Below are positions 52,946-64,000 of a stretch of DNA of 64,000 nt, piece after piece. The DNA comes from Felis catus. Taxonomy: Eukaryota. Position 1 is the first letter of the stretch; each line of letters begins with the position of its first letter. Below the pieces are notes generated by a model. It had not been told where the DNA came from and did not search any database. It saw only the letters and a list, made by a program, of their open reading frames with translations. The stretch spans positions 20,214,001-20,278,000 of the forward strand of contig NC_058369.1 in the NCBI RefSeq assembly GCF_018350175.1. The letters are read 5' to 3'. The translations under genes and the position numbers were made by a program.

Positions 52946-53600
52946 CTATAGGGAGAGATGCATATTATTAAAGAACTCTATTACCTGCTTGCTACCTTCC
53001 TCATCACAGCTCAATAGTCAACAAGTTTTGATAAACCTAAGTAATAACAGCTTTCAAATTTCACAATTGAGTCAATAGCCCACATGTGAAATAATGAATA
53101 TGTTTAATCTTTTACTTATAATTAGACTCATAATACATTTTGCCCAAAAAAGGTAACAAAATGTTCACAACTTGTTGGTACATATATTTCACAACTTGAA
53201 AAAGAAGTACCACATAAAATAACTGGTTTGTTTTCAATTTGTGATTTTTAAAACACATCTTTATTCCAAAACACATCAAGAAAGTTAAAAAATGATACAG
53301 AAGTGGAGTAACAGACGTGCCCTTTCAGAAAAAGAATTCCACACAGAAGGAGGCAGGATATCTAGTACTTTTCATAGAAGAAAGCCCTTTTATACACACT
53401 TCAGTTCATCTTTTAGTAGCAACTTACAACTAGGAGCAAAACAAGTCCCTGATACATCCATGTTCAAGTATTCTGCCTCTACACAAGGCAAGTATAATCC
53501 AACAATGTACATACTGCATAAACTCCATTGATCTCAATGAGTGTTAGGCCCAACAATGCTGTAAGAGTTAACTTTTCCTTTTATGGCAAGGTCCTCTCAC

Positions 53601-53810
53601 CTTGTATGGGGGTTGAGGATGGACAAGAATGCCACCCTCAGTCCTCTGAAGTGACTGTTTTACTTGTTCCAATTTAATGGCCAGGTGAGCTTCAAAGTAC
53701 TTGCGCAAGGCCATGCAGGTATGTTTCCCAGTTTGGCGGCTAGCAAATATTTCATCATCACTCAGAAGTGCACCCTGATCTTCCAAATTTAGAATCTCCA
53801 AAGTACTGAT
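53601..53810 (-). CDS. DCAF1: DCAF1 exon (ISTLEILNLEDQGALLSDDEIF...PQPPYK)
   Basis: AG/GT boundaries, 210 nt. Confidence 0.96.
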
Positions 53811-54419
53811 CTATTAGGAAAGAGACAAAAAGATGGGGAAAAAGGGAAGGAAGGAAAAAACAGAAAGAAAAAAGTAAAAGGAGGAAAAGGATTACAGTAA
53901 ACTTTTATGCTCAACAAGACTAACAAACATCAAAGCACATTTGTCTATAAAACATGTTAAGAGTTGCCACATATATATAAGCAAAACATTAAACAGTTAC
54001 TGAAAAATTGCATAGCTTGTAATCATGTTGAAAGACATTCAGGCACAAAACCACTGCTTTAAGAAAGATCAAGATTATCAACACAATTCCCCCTATGAGA
54101 TTACTATATTCAAGGCAAGTCTACAATGGCAGAGTCCTGTAATCGCTTAAGAGAAGTAAAAGACTTCATTCACAAAAAATGATAGCAAAATTCTTCTAGT
54201 CAAAAGCTGCTTCTTGGGGAGCCTGGCTGGCTCACTTGGTGGAGCAAGTGATTCTTGATCTCAGGGTTGTCAGTTCGAATCCCACATGAGGTGCTGAGAT
54301 TACTTAAAAATGAAATCTTAAAAAAAAAAAAAAAAGGTTCCTCTCTTCAACACTACTGAAAGGCAGCCAGACAAGCAAGACCCCTATTCCTCACAAAAAG
54401 AAGCCACTGAAAACCTCAC

Positions 54420-54599
54420 CAAATTCACCAGACGACGAAGACCATCATAGCGGTCAAAGAGCTCCAACACAGCCCGGAAGGAGAAGCAAATTGAGAAAAA
54501 CATGGTAGCATGGCAGCATCCTGAGGCATGAGAACATTCCATTAACCACAGAGTATAGTTCACCACATCAGACAGAACATTGTGGGGATGCATACAAAC
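54420..54599 (-). CDS. DCAF1: DCAF1 exon ([35 protein letters not shown]...RRLVNL)
   Basis: AG/GT boundaries, 180 nt. Confidence 0.96.
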
Positions 54600-54898
54600 C
54601 TGCAAAAAATAAAAGTTTTTAAAAATTTCAGGCAAAGGAACCTTCAAAAAGGGATGAAAAATTCACCACTGTAGCTATCTGTGCAGAATACAATGATCAT
54701 CACTAATGCAGTCATTCGGAGTTTAAAACTTAAGTTACAAATGAAATTCTGTAACAATCTATTCCAAACTGAACACCCTAAATTTAGATACTTAAATTTG
54801 AGCTATTTACTGAATGCCAAATTTTGCAAATATTTACATCCTGTAATGCTCACAGTGCTCAGTTCCATAGGGTATCAGTTCCCACTTAGAAGGTAAGA

Positions 54899-54950
54899 GG
54901 GTGTCTGAATGGTTCAGTTGGTTAAGCATCCAACTCTTTTTTGTTTGTTT

Positions 54951-54987
<37 letters not shown>

Positions 54988-55320
54988 CGCGCGCGTGCCA
55001 TTGGGGGAGGGACAAAAAGAATCCTAAGCAGGCTCTGCACTGCCAGCATGGAGCCCAATGTGGGGCTCAAACACACGAACGATGAGATCATGACCTGAGC
55101 TGAAATCAAGAGTCAGTTGGCTTAGCCAACTGAGCCACACAAGTGCCCCATAAGCATCCAATTCTTGATTTCAGCTCAGGTCATGATCTCACAGTAGTGA
55201 GACTGAGACCAGAGATGGCTCTGTGCTGGGTGTGGAGCCTGCCTAAGATTTTGTCTCTCTCTGCCCCTCCCCAGCTCACATGTTTTGTCTCACTCTCAAA
55301 AAATAAAATAAAATAAAAAA
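54899..55320. mobile_element. Plus-strand CAN-SINE interrupted by a minus-strand CAN-SINE (54939-55150)
   Basis: TSD taagcatccaa(c/t)tctt at 54923-54938 / 55151-55166. Confidence 0.88.
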
Positions 55321-56325
55321 GATGAGAAAGAAGCTCAAAGAGATAAGAGACTATCCATGGGTGATAAAAGTGACTTGAGCCTTCTGATACTAAAGTCTAC
55401 AAGTTTGTTATCCATCCACTCACTGATTCGTTTCACATACATTTCGATGTCTCCTATGGATCAAAATGTCTCCTATGGATCAATGAATTCTAAAGCATTC
55501 CCTAGGTTTACTTTTTTATCTTAGCCATAATTAATTTTGTATACACACCTACAGATTAAGTTACTATTCTCAAAAGAATACATATCTTTGCATAGTATTG
55601 ATCACAAAAGGGAAAAAAATTAAAACTAAAACATTACTTTATTAACAAATATGCAAAGATGAATCAAGACATAGCTCAAGAAGAATTTACCAACTTCACT
55701 CTACCAGAAGAGCCAAAACAAACAGAACATTAGAAAAAATATTCCAGGCATGGAAATGGTAAGAGCTTCCCTAGGTGTGTCTAGGGACCCACTACTTTTC
55801 AAATGTAACTCATTCACATTTTTTTTTTTTAAATCACTAAATAAACAAGTCTTAACTGGAAAAACAGAAGAACCAGATGGGGAAACTCTGGAGCCCTGAG
55901 AACCACGGGAATTATTTTATCTCCACCACACATTATTTGTTAACACATACAAAGCATCATCTGTTTTTATAATAGATTGACTCTAAAACCCAAAATATAA
56001 CTCCATTAACAACATCTGACAAGAGCCCAAGAACTAATACTAATTCAACAGAAATGGCAAAAACTAAATAAAGCCCCTAGACCTCAATCTACCTCGCTTT
56101 TTTTTTTTTAATTCAAATAGGAGAAAAAACAATCTTTTGTAAACAATTTTACATTTTTAGAATGCTTTGTGAAAGCCATATATTCATCATGTTCTCTGCT
56201 TCTTTCATTAAAATTATTTTCATTAAAATTTCATTAAGAAATTCCCAACTAATTTTTTTCTGTGAAGGTGCTAAAAAGTCTCCTCACCCAATCCCATTCC
56301 CAAACTCTAAATGGACTGGACTTAC

Positions 56326-56484
56326 TCTTTCCATGGCATCCTGGTTGTAGGACAGGTAATACAAGCACATGGATACACCAGTTGCAGCCATAGAAGGACG
56401 AGGAATTTCCAGTAATTTCTGTACTCCACCATGCGCAACAAACTCTGTGGCAAACTTGTTATGGAGCAGGAGAGATGCAAGGTG
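56326..56484 (-). CDS. DCAF1: DCAF1 exon ([53 protein letters not shown])
   Basis: AG/GT boundaries, 159 nt. Confidence 0.96.
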
Positions 56485-56949
56485 CTAAACAAAGAGGACA
56501 CATGTTACTGTGGAAGGATCTAGAATAATCACAAAATCTTTTCACAAAACATTAAATCAAGCTGCTAAATAAAAGGAATCCTCTGAAATAGACAACCACT
56601 CCCTCACAACAGAAATAAAACCAGTACTGCTTAAAGGGAAATAAAAAAACAGAGAAAACCCTCTATGGTATGTGAATTATATCCCAATAAAGCTGAGGGG
56701 GGAAAAAAAAACCTATTAAGATTTCCTAACATCCCCTTCTAACACCAAAGGTTTTCATAAAGGTGAAAAACAAGAAATGAAAAATACTGCCATAAACAAT
56801 GACATAGTCCCACAACCATTTTATTATTACATAGCTTCCCTAAAGGATTTTTCTTAACCTTCCCATTTTAATCCTTTTAAATATAATCAGCTCTATGTTC
56901 TAGTTTTGGCTCAGTCACAGACTTATCATCTAATAAAATACCAAACTTT

Positions 56950-57445
56950 GTCTTTTTTTTTTTTTTAATTTTTTTTAAATGTTATTTTATTTATTTTTTT
57001 TTTTTTTTTGAACTCTCTGGAGTCTCTTTTAAATTTTTTTTTCAACGTTTATTTATTTTTGGGACAGAGAGAGACAGAGCATGAACGGGGGAGGGGCAGA
57101 GAGAGAGGGAGACACAGAATCGGAAACAGGCTCCAGGCTCTGAGCCATCAGCCCAGAGCCCGACGTGGGGCTCGAACTCACGGACCGTGAGATCGTGACC
57201 CGGCTGAAGTCGGACACTTAACCGACTGCGCCACCCAGGCGCCCCTGTTATTATTTATTTTTGAAGGAGAGAGACAGAGCATCAGCGGGGGAGGAACAGA
57301 GAGAGAGGGAGACACAGAACTCGAAGCAGGCTCCAGGCTCTAAGCTGTCAGCACAGAGCCCGATGTGGGGCTCGAACTCACGACCGTGAGATCATGACCT
57401 GAGCTGAAGTCGGACGCTTAACCGACTGAGCCACCCAGACACCCC
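56950..57445 (-). mobile_element. Two nested/tandem CAN-SINEs
   Basis: Two reverse-complement SINE bodies ending at about 57245 and 57444. Confidence 0.88.
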
Positions 57446-58585
57446 AAAATTTTGTATTCTTTTATACTGAACCTCATTATATATAACCCCAAATAACCAT
57501 CTTCAACAAATTACCAAACTAGCAAATGTTTGGAACTTATCAGAATGCACTTTAAACAGATCTTTAAAAGCATGTTATCTTTCAAGTTTTGTTAACTTCC
57601 TGTTCAGTTCCCACTAGTCTCTCTGGGTAGACCTGGTCTTCTGGGCAATTTTAAAGGCAGGAAGTACAATGCAAGCAGCAGGCTACTTCATGACCTTCAA
57701 CCCAGGCTAATGTGGACAGGGCCTCGGAAGAACTAGAGCTCCCCCTCGTGTTTCTCGTGCCAAGGTGTCTTCCAGATGGTGAAGCAGGCACAAAGTAGAG
57801 ACAAAACAGACTGGAAAGTATGTAACTTGATACAAATCTTGCCAGGGTTAATGGCAAAAACAACAGGTATGTACCTTCTTCAGAAGTTCTCTCAACACCC
57901 AGATTCAGACTAATCCTCATATGTAATTCAAATCTCTTACCTCTTTACTCTTTTTGTCTGTTATCCAAGTCTGTCCTCCAAGTAACTAAACCACATATGG
58001 TTCCCTGCCAACCCTTAGAAGGTGGCATGTAGTTTTTCTCACGTCCCTACCATAAAGTGGCAGTTCCACTGCCAGGATAAGTAGAAGAGAAAAGAGAGTA
58101 ATAAGCAGGTTCAACCTTACCAATACAAAGCCTATAACCTAGATCACTTTGCTCATGTAAGCAAAGATTCTACTTTCTCTCCTTATATTGTATCTCCGTA
58201 TAAGGTCTGGTTCTTCAAATGACTACATTTTAACCCATTTTTATTTTAACTTCAACACCTATCCCCCTCTCCTATACAACTGAACCTTCCTTTTGAACAA
58301 GAGTACACATCTTTCTACATTATTTCCCTGTAAGAAAGATCTCTTGCAACTTTTCCCTGTTCACCCTTATTTCATTTTCTTTAATCCCCTATGACTCTGC
58401 ATGGAAATAGTTGAATAACAATATCCATTATAATTCCTCATACATAACCTATGGAAATAGCAACTGCCCAAATCCCCTCTTCCACTATATCCTGGTTCAG
58501 GACAGGATGCTGCATCTGAAAGCAAGACCTTTGGACTAGAGAGAACTCTGACCTCTAGCTGCATTCCAATGTTCAAAGTATAATG

Positions 58586-58590
<5 letters not shown>

Positions 58591-58644
<54 letters not shown>
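58591..58644. repeat. (AC)n microsatellite, about 26 units
   Basis: Direct reading. Confidence 0.95.
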
Positions 58645-58646
<2 letters not shown>

Positions 58647-58764
58647 CATCCACACACAGGGATATGTTATACAGGTTATGTCTGACCTCCTCCAAGTTTA
58701 AAATTTCTGGCATCTGAAAGGCAACTTTCCTCACCTCCATTTCATTTCAATATACTCTGGAACT

Positions 58765-58946
58765 CTGCTGTCCAATGCAGTAATCATTGGCCACACGAGA
58801 CTAATTAAGATAAAAAATTCAATGCCTCAGTGACACTAGCTACATTTTAAGTGCTCATACAGCTAGTAGCCACTGTATTGAAAAGCAGAGACATAGAAAT
58901 TTTCCACCATTACTAAAACTTTTTAAAAATTTTTTTCATGTTTATT

Positions 58947-58986
<40 letters not shown>

Positions 58987-59195
58987 AGAGTATGAGTGGG
59001 GGAGGGGCAAAGAGCGAGGGTGACACAGAATCTGAAGCAGGCTCCTGGCTCTGAGCTGTCAGCACAGAACCTGACATGGGGCTCGAACTCACAAGCTGTG
59101 AGATCATGACCTGAGCTGAAGTCGGATGCTTAACCAACTGAGCCTCCCAGGCGCCCCTCCACCATTACTGAAACTTCTATTGGATAGCATAGCTC
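58765..59195 (-). mobile_element. MER3-like relic split by a minus-strand CAN-SINE (about 58920-59157, TSD tccaccattact)
   Basis: gctgtccaat ... attggatagc termini; SINE consensus in between. Confidence 0.7.
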
Positions 59196-60097
59196 TAGAA
59201 TATCAAAAATAAAGTTGTTTCTTTCTTTCTTTCTTTTTTTTTTTTTTTCTTAAAGTTGTAACTTTAAAGAGCCAGAAAGAGCATCACTTCTTTTTTCAGA
59301 GGTCTTTTCTGGAAACGTTTCTCAGGAAGAAGACAATACTCCTTCCTTTGTGCCCCATACTTTTTCCACAACATCTATAATATCTAAAAGAAATCATAGG
59401 CTTACATGACTGTCTTAACCAAACTATAAAGATTTGATTTACCTAATAGTGTAAACATCACAGAAAGGTACTCTGTTCATTAGTTACCTATTGAGTAGAA
59501 TTGTATGATAGCTACAATGTTATTCATTCAATTGCTCTCTCTCCATTCAGATTACTTGAATAAGTATGAATTTCATGGGCTAGCTAACCTGCCCTCCCCT
59601 ATTTAGTGCCTCTGGAACCTAGGAAGTCACTTACCTCTACTGAATTTAGGTCTGCCTCTACTTCTTTACTCATTTTCCAATTGACATTTTGCTTACTCTA
59701 GATAAGCTAACATCATACGCTATGTAAATAATGAAGAATTCAGAAAAAGTAATGTTGCCTGACAGAGAATATTTAAAAAGTAGGATATAAGGTACTATAC
59801 ACATATTTTTCCACTCCTATGCAGCAAAAATAACTGAGGTCATCCCCAGATCTCGATCCACTTTCTACTATTCAACCCTGTAGGACAGACTCCTGAATTT
59901 CTGTGAAACCACTTAGTAAGTAAGCCTCATCTCTTCTACAGAAATAAGAAATTTTCAATTGTTACTATTTTGACACCTCTGGCAATGAAAATGCCCTGAG
60001 CAATAAAACTCAGAGATGCTATACATCAAAACACATGGGTACATCCATGTCAATAAAACACTCAGTACCTAACATTTTCAAGAATTTTACCCTAAGT

Positions 60098-60220
60098 GGG
60101 GCACCTGGCTGACCCAATCAGTGGAGTGCACGACTCTTGACCTCAAGGTTGTGAGTTTGAGCCCCATGTGAGGTGTACAGATTACTTAAAAAAAAAAAAA
60201 AAAAAAAATCTTAAAAAAAT
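60098..60220 (+). mobile_element. Short CAN-SINE (no CT segment) abutting a DCAF1 splice donor
   Basis: ggggcacctggct...gagccccatgtgaggtgtacagattacttaaa(A)n. Confidence 0.85.
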
Positions 60221-60228
60221 TTTTTTAC

Positions 60229-60330
60229 CTTGAGTGCCTCAAATGTAAGCAGGACATCATTAGTCTGTTTCAGGTCAATATAGAACATCATTAATTCCCG
60301 TGATCCAAGTTGCATGAATATGGGAAGTAA
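60229..60330 (-). CDS. DCAF1: DCAF1 exon (LLPIFMQLGSRELMMFYIDLKQTNDVLLTFEALK)
   Basis: AG/GT boundaries, 102 nt. Confidence 0.95.
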
Positions 60331-60647
60331 CTGAAATGAAAACAAAAATAAATCTTAACACTGGGTTTATTTTCACATATTTCCTGTTCCATTATGAAGA
60401 CAAAAGATTTTTAAAAAATGAGGTACCCCCCCCACTCCCTTATAAACATACAAACCCACTTTTATCAAATAGACCTACATCTGAAGTGACCTAAGACTTT
60501 ACCAGTGGCATAAGACTTCACCAGTTTGAGGCAAAGACTTTTCTGTATTAGAGTAAAAACACCTCAGAGTATAAAATGCTACCTAAAATACCTCAGAAAT
60601 AAGCACTAGCCCCAAAGTGTGAACAGCATTCTTCCCAATAAGCTTAC

Positions 60648-61160
60648 CTCCTGATATTCTCCTAGGGGGGTCAAATACTGGAGAATGAGTCGCTGCTCAA
60701 TAGCAGGAGTCATAGGATAAAGAGTATAATTGGTGCCAATCACCCAAGGGGACATTTCTGACCAGCTGCTATTAGATAGCTCAACAAACATACGATCTGG
60801 ATCAGATGCTGAGAAACCCAACTTCTGCTTGGCCTTCCTAAAACTCTCTCTGTCACCCTGTTTTGCTGACTTGTTTTTCCTCAATCCTCCCTCGTCAGGT
60901 TTGGCTGCTGAGTTCACTCTACTACTAGTCTTGTGGCCTGAATCAAGATGAAAGGAAATCTCCATGTCCCCAGAGGCTTCCTCTTGTTCACCATCCACTA
61001 CATCTACAGCCATGTCGCCATAGTCCATATCCACAGCTTCTTCATCCAGAGGCAAAAGGGGTTCAGAGGAGAGCTTTCGCGGGCTGGGACGCTTGTTTTC
61101 CTGCCGCAAAGCCACTTCCTGAAGTTGTAGCTCCCTCAGTCTTCGAAGTACTATTGCCAC
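60648..61160 (-). CDS. DCAF1: DCAF1 exon (VAIVLRRLRELQLQE...YLTPLGEYQE; within the reported casein-kinase-like region)
   Basis: AG/GT boundaries, 513 nt. Confidence 0.96.
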
Positions 61161-61491
61161 CTATCAACAGATATTGGAATAAAAGGCCTTATTTCTTCTG
61201 CATCTTAATTTAAATGAATCTTAATAAATAATTCTTATTTCCATTTAAGGAAAAGTAGATCCTCATGCAGTTATTTCAGTATCTGGAAATGGCAAAGATT
61301 TGATAAATATTTTGACCTAATTCCTACAGCTTAATGAAATAAACAGCTAGAACTCTCATTCCTCATAAAATTTCCCAGAGAACCCAAACCACATTTGCAC
61401 ATCAGACATCATTCATAGCTGATCTATCTGGATCAAGCTGGGCTGGACCATCACACCTGAAGAGGCAGACACTAGACATATTCATGATTTT

Positions 61492-62267
61492 ATTTTATTT
61501 TTTTTTTCAACGTTTATTTATTTTTGGGACAGAGAGAGACAGAGCATGAACGGGGGAGGGGCAGAGAGAGAGGGAGACACAGAATCGGAAACAGGCTCCA
61601 GGCTCTGAGCCATCAGCCCAGAGCCCGATGCGGGGCTCGAACTCACGGACCACGAGATCATGACCTGGCTGAAGTTGGACGCTTAACCGACTGCGCCATC
61701 CAGGCGCCCCCATATTCATGATTTTAAAAAAATGTCCAGGGGCGCCTGGGTGGCTCAGTCGGTTGAACGACTGACTTCGGCTCAGGTCATGATCTCACGA
61801 TTTGTGAGTTCAAGCCCTGCGTCGGGCTCTGTGCTGAGAGCTCAGAGCCTGGAGCCTGCTTCGGATTCTGTGTCTCCCTCTCTCTCTCTGTCCCTCCCCC
61901 ACTCATGCTCTATCTCTGTTTCAGAAATAAACATTAAAAAAAAAAAAAAGTCTGAAAACATGAAGGTTTCTCAAACTTATATCTGTTGTAAATTGCATTG
62001 TTAGATATTGCCATCTACATAATTATACAATCTATTTTTCAAGTTCACTACTTTTTCATGTTTTAAGTACTTATTTTTTGTTTTATTTATTTTTGAGAGA
62101 GAAAGACAGGGTGCAAGCAGGGGAGGGGCAGACAGAGTGGGAGACACAGAATCTGAAGCAGGCTCCAGGCTCTGAGCTGTTAGCACAGAGCCCGATGTGG
62201 GTCTCTAACCCATGGAACATGAGATCAGGACGTGAGCCAAAGTCAGACACTCAACCAAAGGCACCCC
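61492..62267. mobile_element. Three CAN-SINEs in alternating orientation: minus 61492-61710, plus 61739-61950, minus 62081-62267
   Basis: TSDs catattcatgatttt (61477-61491 / 61711-61725) and ttaagtacttattttttg (62063-62080 / 62268-62285). Confidence 0.9.
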
Positions 62268-62655
62268 TTAAGTACTTATTTTTTGAGCCAACACTAAAAT
62301 ACAGCATTATGCTTAGTTTAAAAAAAAAAAAAAGAAATTATGCCTGCAATTTACTTAGAACTACATTAAAAAAAAGGATGGTGGATGAATAAAAGAAAAG
62401 GTGGATGGATGGATGGGTATGCATGGGTATAGTAAAATGTTCACAAACAATTTAAGTGGTATGTACACAGTTGTTCTCTGTAAAATTCTATTTTGCTGTA
62501 TGTTTGAAAATTTTCATAATCCAAATGTTGGGAAAATAAAGAGAATGCTTCTATTCTTTATCCAGTATAAACGATCATGATCCTTGATAAGATGAAAAAT
62601 GGCTATTTTCAAGTTAAAAAAAGTAAAATCAAAACTATTATGAAAAGTAATTTTG

Positions 62656-62855
62656 AGGGGTGCCTGGGTGGCTCAGTCAGTTAAGCATCCAACTCTTGAT
62701 CTTGGCTCGGGTCATGATCTCACAGTCTGTGAGATCAAGCCCCGTATCGGGCTCTGCACAGACAGCACAGAGCCCGCATGGGATTCTCTCTCTCCCTCTC
62801 TGCCCCTCCCCAGCTCGCTCTTTCTCTCAGAATACACAGACTTAAAAAAAAAAAG
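62656..62855 (+). mobile_element. CAN-SINE
   Basis: SINE consensus. Confidence 0.85.
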
Positions 62856-62997
62856 TTATCTTGAAATGTCAAAATTATACCTATATTCCAGTACCATATA
62901 GTGAATAAGATCTACCTTTTCAAGTTCAGGTAGTAAGGAAAGAACTTGTGAATACTCTCCCACCTTATACAAAAAGTAATTCTAACACAGTCCTTAC

Positions 62998-63135
62998 CAG
63001 CTGTGAATTCTCATCCCTATAGTTGGCAGCAATGTCTTGATTCTCCATAGCACCTCCTAACAGTCCAGTAGAATACGTCCTCAATGGCTGATCAGCCTCT
63101 CGGGCCCATTTGAAAAGATTCTCAACAATTCCCTC
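62998..63135 (-). CDS. DCAF1: DCAF1 exon, most 5' exon visible (EGIVENLFKWAREADQPLRTYSTGLLGGAMENQDIAANYRDENSQL); gene continues beyond window
   Basis: AG/GT boundaries, 138 nt; the 19 exons total 4149 nt in one open frame. Confidence 0.95.
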
Positions 63136-63570
63136 CTATAGTAAAGGAAATGAAATAATACAATTCAGCAAAGACCATTTTCATAATTAAAGACATAAGC
63201 AAAGATTTTAGTCTTATGAAAGAATCTCTTAATAAGATATTTCAATGCTGCTCATAAATTTAAAAATGCAAGTAAAGTGTCTAAGTGGATTAAAGTATCT
63301 GTGCATCTGTGAAATAGATTCCTATCTAGCCACTGAAATTCAAGCTAAAGATCAATAATCACATAACAGTCTTACCTTAGATGTTTGAGACCCAAAATAT
63401 TCCATGACCAAGTGGGAAGCACTAAAACTTCTATATTCTTTGAAGTTCACAATGCACAATTAACATTACTAATGAGAAGTTATCCATCAAAGTACTTAAT
63501 ACCACATATCCCAAACTCATTTTTCACTAGTTTTTATTATGAAATAGTACACATAAACATGCATACTCCA

Positions 63571-63800
63571 GGGGCAACTGAGTGGCTCAGTCAGTTAAGC
63601 ACCTGACTTCAGCTCAGGTCATGATCTCATGGTTTGTGGGTTTGAGCCCCGCATCGGGCTCTATGCTGATAGCTCAGAGCCTGGAGCCTGCTTTGGATTC
63701 TGTGTCTCCCTCTCGCTCTGCTCCTTCTCGACACGCACGCTCTCTCTCTCTCTCTCAAAAATAAATAAAACGTTAAAAACAATTTTTTAATTAAAAAAAC
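63571..63800 (+). mobile_element. CAN-SINE
   Basis: SINE consensus. Confidence 0.87.
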
Positions 63801-64000
63801 ATGTACAGTCCAAAGAAAATGAAAATCACCCATGATCTACTTGATAGAGATCTTCCATGTGTTCCTCCTTATACCACCTGTGTCCTCTCTTCCCAAAAGG
63901 TACCCATGTTACTAAATTTTAACAATTTTCTCATTAAACTTGTTAAAGTTATATGCTTTGAACTGTATAAACCATATGATACTGCATTTTTCTGCAAGTT

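Noticed and set aside
55447..55483. Direct repeat atgtctcctatggatcaa x2
   Set aside because: Ordinary micro-duplication in an intron
63130..63140. TAG-GAG NAGNAG at the DCAF1 acceptor
   Set aside because: GAG acceptors are rarely used and there is no evidence here

Overview
This is mammalian genomic DNA, almost certainly felid judging by the abundant CAN-SINEs and a carnivore-type L1. It covers the syntenic MANF - RBM15B - DCAF1(VPRBP) cluster. MANF (+) has 4 coding exons at 724-4196 (179 aa, C-terminal RTDL) behind a CpG-island promoter with an ERSE-II. RBM15B (+) has a single uninterrupted CDS at 6769-9468 (899 aa, 3 RRMs + SPOC). DCAF1 (-) shows 19 phase-consistent coding exons from 63135 down to the stop at 14214 (1382 aa visible); its 5' exons lie beyond the window. 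DCAF1 introns are full of CAN-SINEs, a young 5'-truncated L1, an old fragmented L1 and MER-type DNA transposons. The most notable non-obvious signals are: a candidate 9-nt in-frame microexon (KQM) with SRRM4-type architecture in the 19-kb DCAF1 intron; a U12-type DCAF1 intron; a strong-Kozak poly-Pro uORF ahead of RBM15B; convergent overlapping RBM15B/DCAF1 3' UTRs with back-to-back polyA signals; and a SINE whose target-site duplication copied a DCAF1 splice donor. Exon boundaries were read by hand. Repeat boundaries and family names are approximate, from recall rather than from a search.
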